In this document: in pieces, positions 31,854 through 37,019 of the stretch
Layout: each line of letters begins with the position of its first letter
Numbering within the stretch: the stretch's first letter is position 1
NCBI GenBank assembly: GCA_028291845.1
Contig: JAQGNM010000128.1
Coordinates: 1-37,019 of the forward strand
Source: Massilia sp.
Lineage (GTDB): Bacteria > Pseudomonadota > Gammaproteobacteria > Burkholderiales > Burkholderiaceae_D
Direction: 5' to 3'
Length of the DNA: 37,019 nt
Notes under the pieces: model-generated
Databases searched by the model: none
Told to the model about the DNA's origin: nothing
What the model saw: only the letters and a program-made list of their open reading frames with translations
Made by a program: the position numbers and the translations under genes

Positions 31854-31869
31854 AGCAAAACGCATGCCA
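31854..31869 (-). promoter_or_regulatory. Sigma-54 (-24/-12) promoter of the frmA-gfa-xox operon
   Basis: Minus strand TGGCATGCGTTTTGCT = GG-N10-GC, close to the TGGCAC-N5-TTGCW consensus, ~80 bp upstream of frmA. Confidence 0.8.
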
Positions 31870-31952
31870 CCGCCGTCGCGGCGCCAACGCGCCGTGGCGG
31901 CGCCACCGCGCTGTACCACGGCGATGAAAAATCGGAACACCGGCCGCGCACA

Positions 31953-31972
31953 CTGTGCGATTTCTGGAACAG
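31953..31972. promoter_or_regulatory. Candidate upstream activating sequence for a sigma-54 activator
   Basis: Imperfect palindrome CTGTGCGA-TTTC-TGGAACAG ~85-100 bp upstream of the -24 box; related half-sites TGTACCA and CGGAACA at ~31912-31939. Confidence 0.45.
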
Positions 31973-32166
31973 CGGCGCTGGCTGCGGCGCAGTCAATTCG
32001 ATCTGGTGCTGGTGGCGCCGCGCTGGTAGTTGACCTGTAGCCGACCGGCAGCGCTCACCGCTTGCCATCGCTGGCTGATCAACCCGCTGCGATCTGGTAC
32101 GCTGCACACCGGAGGCATGTGCGCCATCGATCCCCAGGCAGAGCACTTTTTCGGAGCAGCCACCTC

Positions 32167-32904
32167 ATGAGCGACATCCGTGTTACCCCCGCCATCCGCG
32201 CAGCCTTCGTCCCGACCGGCAAGTTGCGCGCCTCCATCAACCTGGGCAACCCGATCCTGGCGCACAGCGTCGACGGCGCGGCGGGCGGCGTGTCGGTCGA
32301 CCTGGCGCGTGAACTGGCCTCGCGGCTCGATGCCGAACTCGAGTTGATCGTGTTCGACACCGCCGCCGGCTCGGTCGAGGCGGTAGCCGGCGAAGCGGCC
32401 GATGTCGGCTTTTTCGCCATCGACCCGCAGCGCGGCGCGCAGATCGCGTTTACGGCGCCGTATGTGCTGATCGAAGGGTTTTATATGGTGCGGGAGACGT
32501 CGCCGATCGTGCGCAACGAGCAGGTCGACGTCGCCGGACAGCGCGTGGTGGTGGGCAAGGGCAGCGCCTACGACCTGTATCTGAGCCGTACGCTGCGGCA
32601 TGCCGAGATCGTGCGCGCGCCCAGTTCGCCGACCGTGGTCGATACTTTCATGGTGGCCGGCGCCGAGGTGGCTGCCGGGGTGCGGCAGCAATTGGAACAA
32701 GATGCGCAGCGCATCGGCGCTCTGCGCTTGCTGGGCGAACGCTTCATGGTGATCCAGCAGGCGATGGGCATGCCGAAAAGCCGCGGCGCCGCTGCTGCCG
32801 CATTCCTGGCGCAATTCGTCGAAGAGATGAAAGCCGGCGGCTCAGTGTCGGACGCGTTGCAACGTCACGCCATCAAGGGTGCCTCGGTGGCGCCGCCGGC
32901 CTGA
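32167..32904 (+). CDS. Orphan ABC-type (family 3) substrate-binding protein
   Basis: PTGKLRASINLGNPILA, GVSVDLA, FAIDPQR, FTAPYVLIEG, GSAYDLYL. Confidence 0.85.
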   Translation: MSDIRVTPAIRAAFVPTGKLRASINLGNPILAHSVDGAAGGVSVDLARELASRLDAELELIVFDTAAGSVEAVAGEAADVGFFAIDPQRGAQIAFTAPYVLIEGFYMVRETSPIVRNEQVDVAGQRVVVGKGSAYDLYLSRTLRHAEIVRAPSSPTVVDTFMVAGAEVAAGVRQQLEQDAQRIGALRLLGERFMVIQQAMGMPKSRGAAAAAFLAQFVEEMKAGGSVSDALQRHAIKGASVAPPA

Positions 32905-32908
32905 AAGA

Positions 32909-33532
32909 TCAGGCGGCCCTGACGCTGTCCAGCGCCGCCGCGTGGCCGGCGCGGTCAATATCGTCGACGCTGGCGGCCAGCGCGCCGCCCGCCGTCATGC
33001 GCGCAATCGCCCGTTCGCCATCGCCCGGCTGCACATCGACCGCACGAACCGCGTCCCGCAGTAACACCACCTCGAAACCGAGCTTCAAGGCATCGATCAC
33101 CGTTTGCAGCACACAATAATCGGTGGCGAGGCCGCCGACGAACACCCGCTGCACGTTTTGGCTGCGCAAGGTGGCGGCCAGATCGGTGCCTTCGAAGCCG
33201 GAGTAGGCGTCGCGCGCGGCGCTGGTGGCCTTCGACACCACCGTCGCGCTTTGCAGATGCAGCTGCGGCGAAAACTGCGCGCCATGCGTGCCGGCGATGC
33301 AATGCGGCGGCCAGATGCCGTTTTGCGCGTGGAACGAGCAGTGATCGGCAGGATGCCAGTCGCGGGTTGCGATGACGGGCAGGCCGGCGCCGTCGAAGGC
33401 GGCAATGGCGCGGTTGAGCACCGGGATTACGGCGTCACCGTCGCCCACGGCCAGCGCGCCGCCCGGCAGGAAATCATGCTGCAGATCGACGATGATCAGG
33501 GCATCGCCCCGGCGCAGTTGAAGTGATTGCAT
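32909..33532 (-). CDS. pncA: Nicotinamidase/pyrazinamidase
   Basis: ALIIVDLQHDFLPGGAL, TRDWHP..H.SF, WPPHC, YSGF, GLATDYCV; AGGAG RBS. Confidence 0.9.
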   Translation of the reverse strand: MQSLQLRRGDALIIVDLQHDFLPGGALAVGDGDAVIPVLNRAIAAFDGAGLPVIATRDWHPADHCSFHAQNGIWPPHCIAGTHGAQFSPQLHLQSATVVSKATSAARDAYSGFEGTDLAATLRSQNVQRVFVGGLATDYCVLQTVIDALKLGFEVVLLRDAVRAVDVQPGDGERAIARMTAGGALAASVDDIDRAGHAAALDSVRAA

Positions 33533-33795
33533 AGTTGCTCCTGTAAAGGACGAGCTTGCCGCACGGCCACAGCGGGCGGCTTCGGACCGATGATATAACA
33601 GCATGCGCGCGCCTGCATGTTTGCGCCCGCGCAGCAAACGGTTCGGACGGCCCTGACGGCGGCGCTGTTCACCCACGCTTCAACCATTTCAGGCAGGCTC
33701 TCACCCTGGCTGCATCGCCGCAGGGTGCCGCACCCTCGCGTCGCCAGCGTATCGGGTACGATGGCATGCATGATGAATCCATACGAAAGGCTGTG

Positions 33796-34896
33796 ATGAA
33801 AACCCACAAGATCGCCGTCATCGCCGGCGACGGCATCGGCAACGAAGTCATGCCCGAAGGCTTGCGCGTGCTGCGGGCGGCGGCGAGAAAATTCGGGCTT
33901 GCGCTCGAGTTCACCACCATGGACTGGGCCAACTGCAATTATTACCTCGAGCACGGACAGATGATGCCGGACGACTGGCGCGAGCAGCTCGATGGCTTCG
34001 AAGCGATTTATTTCGGCGCCGCCGGCATGCCCGCGCTGGTGCCCGACCACATTTCGCTGTGGGGCTCCCTGATCAAGTTTCGCCGCGAGTTCGACCAGTA
34101 CGTCAACCTGCGGCCGGTGCGGCTGATGCCGGGCGTGCCCTGTCCGCTGGCCGGACGCAAGCCGGGCGACATCGATTTTTACGTGGTGCGCGAAAATACC
34201 GAGGGAGAATATTCCTCGGTGGGCGGGCGCATGTTCGAGGGCACCGAGCGCGAATTCGTCGTGCAGGATGCGATTTTCACCCGCAAGGGCACCGACCGCA
34301 TTTTGAAATACGCGTTCGAACTGGCGCGCAGCCGCCCCAAGCGCCACCTGACGGCCGCCACCAAGTCGAACGGCATCTCGATCAGCATGCCGTACTGGGA
34401 CGAGCGGGTGGCGGCGATGGCGCACAACTATCCCGACGTGGTCTGGGACAAGTACCACATCGACATCCTGTGCGCCCGCTTCGTGCTCTCGCCGGAGCGC
34501 TTCGACGTGGTGGTGGCGTCGAACCTGTTCGGCGACATCCTGTCCGACCTGGGGCCGGCGTGCACCGGCACCATCGGCATCGCGCCGTCCGCCAACCTCA
34601 ATCCGGAGCGCAGCTTTCCCTCGCTGTTCGAGCCGGTGCACGGCTCGGCCCCCGATATTTTCGGCAAAAACATCGCCAACCCGATCGGCATGATCTGGTC
34701 GGGCGCGATGATGCTCGATTTTCTGGGGCAGGGCGACGCCGCCTACACGGCAGCGCATGACGCCATCATGCGCGCCGTCGAAACCGTGCTGGCGCAGGGA
34801 CCGACCACGCCCGACCTGGGCGGATCGGCCGACACCACCGAGGTGGGCAGCGCGATCGCCGAAGCGATCGTCAATGCAGGCAGCGCGGCGGGCTGA
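33796..34896 (+). CDS. dmlA: Tartrate dehydrogenase / D-malate dehydrogenase (decarboxylating)
   Basis: IAVIAGDGIGNEVMPEG, PDHISLWGSL..FRREFDQYVNLRP, ATKSNG, NLFGDILSD, FEPVHGSAPDI. Confidence 0.9.
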   Translation: MKTHKIAVIAGDGIGNEVMPEGLRVLRAAARKFGLALEFTTMDWANCNYYLEHGQMMPDDWREQLDGFEAIYFGAAGMPALVPDHISLWGSLIKFRREFDQYVNLRPVRLMPGVPCPLAGRKPGDIDFYVVRENTEGEYSSVGGRMFEGTEREFVVQDAIFTRKGTDRILKYAFELARSRPKRHLTAATKSNGISISMPYWDERVAAMAHNYPDVVWDKYHIDILCARFVLSPERFDVVVASNLFGDILSDLGPACTGTIGIAPSANLNPERSFPSLFEPVHGSAPDIFGKNIANPIGMIWSGAMMLDFLGQGDAAYTAAHDAIMRAVETVLAQGPTTPDLGGSADTTEVGSAIAEAIVNAGSAAG

Positions 34897-34908
34897 ATAC
34901 ACTGAAGA

Positions 34909-35268
34909 CTAGCGCAAGGTCCACGACGAGCACGCCAGCAGCCAGCCGCCGCCATCCTGTTGCAGCAGGATGTCGATGAATGAATGCTTCTCGCCGTGGC
35001 GGCCGTTGGCGCTGCTGACTGCGTGCACCAGGGGCGGAAAAAAATAGAATTTCGGCGGCGACAGCTTGGGCGCCTGCTGCTTGCGTGCCGCCTGCGCTTG
35101 CGTCTGATAATAGGCGGCGATAGCGGCGCGGCCCTGGATGCGTTGGCCGGCCGGCACGAACAACGAGCCATCGTCGACGTACAAGGCGGCGATCGCCGCG
35201 CCATCGCCGGCGGCACGCGCAGCCAGCAGCGTTTCCATCAATGCGCGGACCGGCTCCGGGGCGTCCAT
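34909..35268 (-). CDS. NTF2/SnoaL-like (DUF4440-type) small protein
   Basis: AGD.AAIAALY..DG...P.G..IQGRAAIAAYY ... Q.DGGW. Confidence 0.75.
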   Translation of the reverse strand: MDAPEPVRALMETLLAARAAGDGAAIAALYVDDGSLFVPAGQRIQGRAAIAAYYQTQAQAARKQQAPKLSPPKFYFFPPLVHAVSSANGRHGEKHSFIDILLQQDGGGWLLACSSWTLR

Positions 35269-35284
35269 ACGGGCCTGCGGCTTG

Positions 35285-35854
35285 TCACTGCGCCGGCGGC
35301 GCCAGCGCTTCCAGCGCCGCCAGCGTGTCGTGCGCGCCCATCGTCGCCGCCAGGCTGTGCGCCGTCATGCCGCGGCTGTCGACGGCGTCGACGCTGGCGC
35401 CGTGTTCGATCAGCAGGTGCAGCATGTCGACGCGGTTGAACATCGAAGCCAGCATCAGCGGCGTCTTGCCGTCCGGGCTATTGCCGTCGATGGCGGCGCC
35501 GTTGTCGATCAACAGGGCGGCGATTTCCATGAAGCCCTTGTAGGCGACGCCGGCCAGCGGGGTCTGGCCCTGGTCGTTGGCCACATTCGGATCGGCGCCC
35601 GCCTGCAGCAGCACGCGCACGGTGTCGATGTGGCCGTGATAACTGGCCAGCATGAGCAGGCTGTCGCCTTTTTCGTTACGAAAGTTCACCGGCATGCCTT
35701 TTTCGATCAGGCCGGCCAGCCGTTCGCTGCCGCCTTCGCGCACCAGGTTGAACACCTGGCGCAGAAAATCGAGGGTTTCGGCATCCATCGGCGCTGCTTG
35801 CCCTGACTGGCCCGCAGGGATAGTTGCCTGGGTAGTTGATTGTTCAGTACTCAT
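35285..35854 (-). CDS. Ankyrin-repeat protein
   Basis: GDSLLMLASYHGH, GQTPLAGVAYKG, GKTPLMLASMFNR, GMTA repeats. Confidence 0.92.
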   Translation of the reverse strand: MSTEQSTTQATIPAGQSGQAAPMDAETLDFLRQVFNLVREGGSERLAGLIEKGMPVNFRNEKGDSLLMLASYHGHIDTVRVLLQAGADPNVANDQGQTPLAGVAYKGFMEIAALLIDNGAAIDGNSPDGKTPLMLASMFNRVDMLHLLIEHGASVDAVDSRGMTAHSLAATMGAHDTLAALEALAPPAQ

Positions 35855-36009
35855 GATTTCTCGCTGGACGATTGGTTTTGTCTTGACGGTATGATATCTG
35901 GCGCGGCCGGTCGGTGCGCACGCGCACCTTGCACGCTAGCGATTGCGGCGGCGTCCGCTGCCAGTTTGCGGTAATGTTGTACGCATTACCACTCAATCAA
36001 GGAAACAAC

Positions 36010-36120
36010 ATGAAAAAGCTGATCATGATGGCCATTGCCGGCTTCGTCTGGAAAAAGGTGCAGGCACGCATCCTCAAGCAACCGCAGGCCGTGCCGGCGC
36101 GCGGGGTGCGCCGTCTTTGA
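36010..36120 (+). CDS. 36-aa small basic/hydrophobic protein MKKLIMMAIAGFVWKKVQARILKQPQAVPARGVRRL
   Basis: AAGGAAA RBS before ATG 36010, own terminator downstream. Confidence 0.65.
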   Translation: MKKLIMMAIAGFVWKKVQARILKQPQAVPARGVRRL

Positions 36121-36146
36121 TGCGCATCCCGATTTGTCGGGATCAT

Positions 36147-36177
36147 ACCCGCCACGCTTTCGTGGCGGGTTTTTTTT
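36147..36177 (+). terminator. Intrinsic terminator
   Basis: ACCCGCCACG-CTTT-CGTGGCGGGT followed by a T-tract. Confidence 0.9.
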
Positions 36178-36207
36178 AGCGGCTGATTCTTATTCAGAAG
36201 AGATGCC

Positions 36208-36969
36208 TTGCTTATCCAGTCACGTTTTGCCTCATCGCTGCGCTACGCTGCGGCCACCGCTGTAACCGCCACCTTGCTGGCGCCCTCTATGGCCAGCGCC
36301 GCGGCCGCGGCCGTCGCCGCCAACCTGCCGCCACCGGGCTTGTACCGGGTCGACAGCGATGCCACCGTCATCTACCGTGACGGCGCCTCGTACCAGCAGA
36401 AGGTTGACGGCGCAAGTAACAGCGTCAGCCTGCGCGTGCAATCGGCCAAGGGCAAGGCCATCGGCGCCACCAGCTCGGCTGTTCCCACACAAGTTTGCAT
36501 CGCCGCCGGCGCGCAAAACAATGGTTTGCCGCTGCCGGGGATGGCGGCAAATTCCACGTGCAAGGCCGGCGCGCCGCTCACCGGGCCGAAAGGCACCGTG
36601 TTCAGTTCGCGCTGCGATATCGCCGATATCGATATCGGCGTGCGCAAACTCGACGCCAGGAACTGGGAAATGAAAACCACCGTCAGCGAGCATCTGGGAC
36701 CGAAGGGCATGCTCGACTTCGACCAGCAGCGCAAGATGTTCGAAACGTCCTTGAAAAACGCCACCAGCGCCGAGGAGCGCGCCGACGTCCAGTACACGCT
36801 GGATCACTGGGAAGAGTTCAAGCAGGAGATGCGCGCGAACGCCGCCGCCTCGGGCGCGCAAGCTGCGCCGGGCGCTGCCACCCGCATGAGCACGGCGACC
36901 AGCCGCCTGACCCGGGTGGGCGAGAGCTGCAAGGTCGCCGCCGCGCCGGCCGCGGGGACTGCGCGATGA
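36208..36969 (+). CDS. Hypothetical exported protein (possibly DUF3617-like)
   Basis: Signal peptide, PGLYRV, four Cys, C-terminal RVGESC; start codon uncertain. Confidence 0.7.
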   Translation: MLIQSRFASSLRYAAATAVTATLLAPSMASAAAAAVAANLPPPGLYRVDSDATVIYRDGASYQQKVDGASNSVSLRVQSAKGKAIGATSSAVPTQVCIAAGAQNNGLPLPGMAANSTCKAGAPLTGPKGTVFSSRCDIADIDIGVRKLDARNWEMKTTVSEHLGPKGMLDFDQQRKMFETSLKNATSAEERADVQYTLDHWEEFKQEMRANAAASGAQAAPGAATRMSTATSRLTRVGESCKVAAAPAAGTAR

Positions 36970-37019
36970 GGGCCGTGCTTGCGCTGGCTGGCACCGCCGT
37001 GCTGCTTGCAGGCTGCGGC
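36966..37019 (+). CDS. Lipoprotein, 5' end only (runs off window)
   Basis: ATGA overlap with previous stop; MRAVLALAGTAVLLAGCG with lipobox LAGC. Confidence 0.65.
   Translation, partial: MRAVLALAGTAVLLAGCG

Overview
GC-rich betaproteobacterial DNA; the gene style suggests Oxalobacteraceae/Massilia-like, which is an inference. All family calls are by motif recognition, with no database searches run. The window has three parts. (1) 1-8.9 kb is a catabolic block: acyl-CoA ligase 3' end, gabD-type aldehyde dehydrogenase, tandem-HxlR regulator, an out-of-context adenylate kinase and a Liv-type ABC transporter. (2) 9.3-20.2 kb is a mosaic, decaying accessory region: orphan tadG/tadE/tadE-like genes, a frameshifted quinone oxidoreductase, a LysR::cis-CaaD-like tautomerase deletion junction, a DMT/LysR pair, and a vanadium haloperoxidase plus frameshifted lipoprotein cassette. 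That cassette is bracketed by a ~250 bp direct repeat of the phyH-like gene 5' end, with a MITE-like element at the breakpoint. (3) 21-32 kb is a lanthanide-dependent methanol/formaldehyde oxidation module, frmA-gfa-xoxF-orf-xoxG-xoxJ-orf. It has a well-formed sigma-54 promoter and candidate enhancer site, a convergent GAF-AAA-Fis activator coupled to cytochrome b561, two uncharacterised exported proteins, a catalytically degenerate ATP-grasp gene and a second MITE. Housekeeping-type genes follow (pncA, tartrate/D-malate dehydrogenase, ankyrin protein, small ORFs). No rRNA, tRNA, CRISPR array, transposase or integrase was seen.
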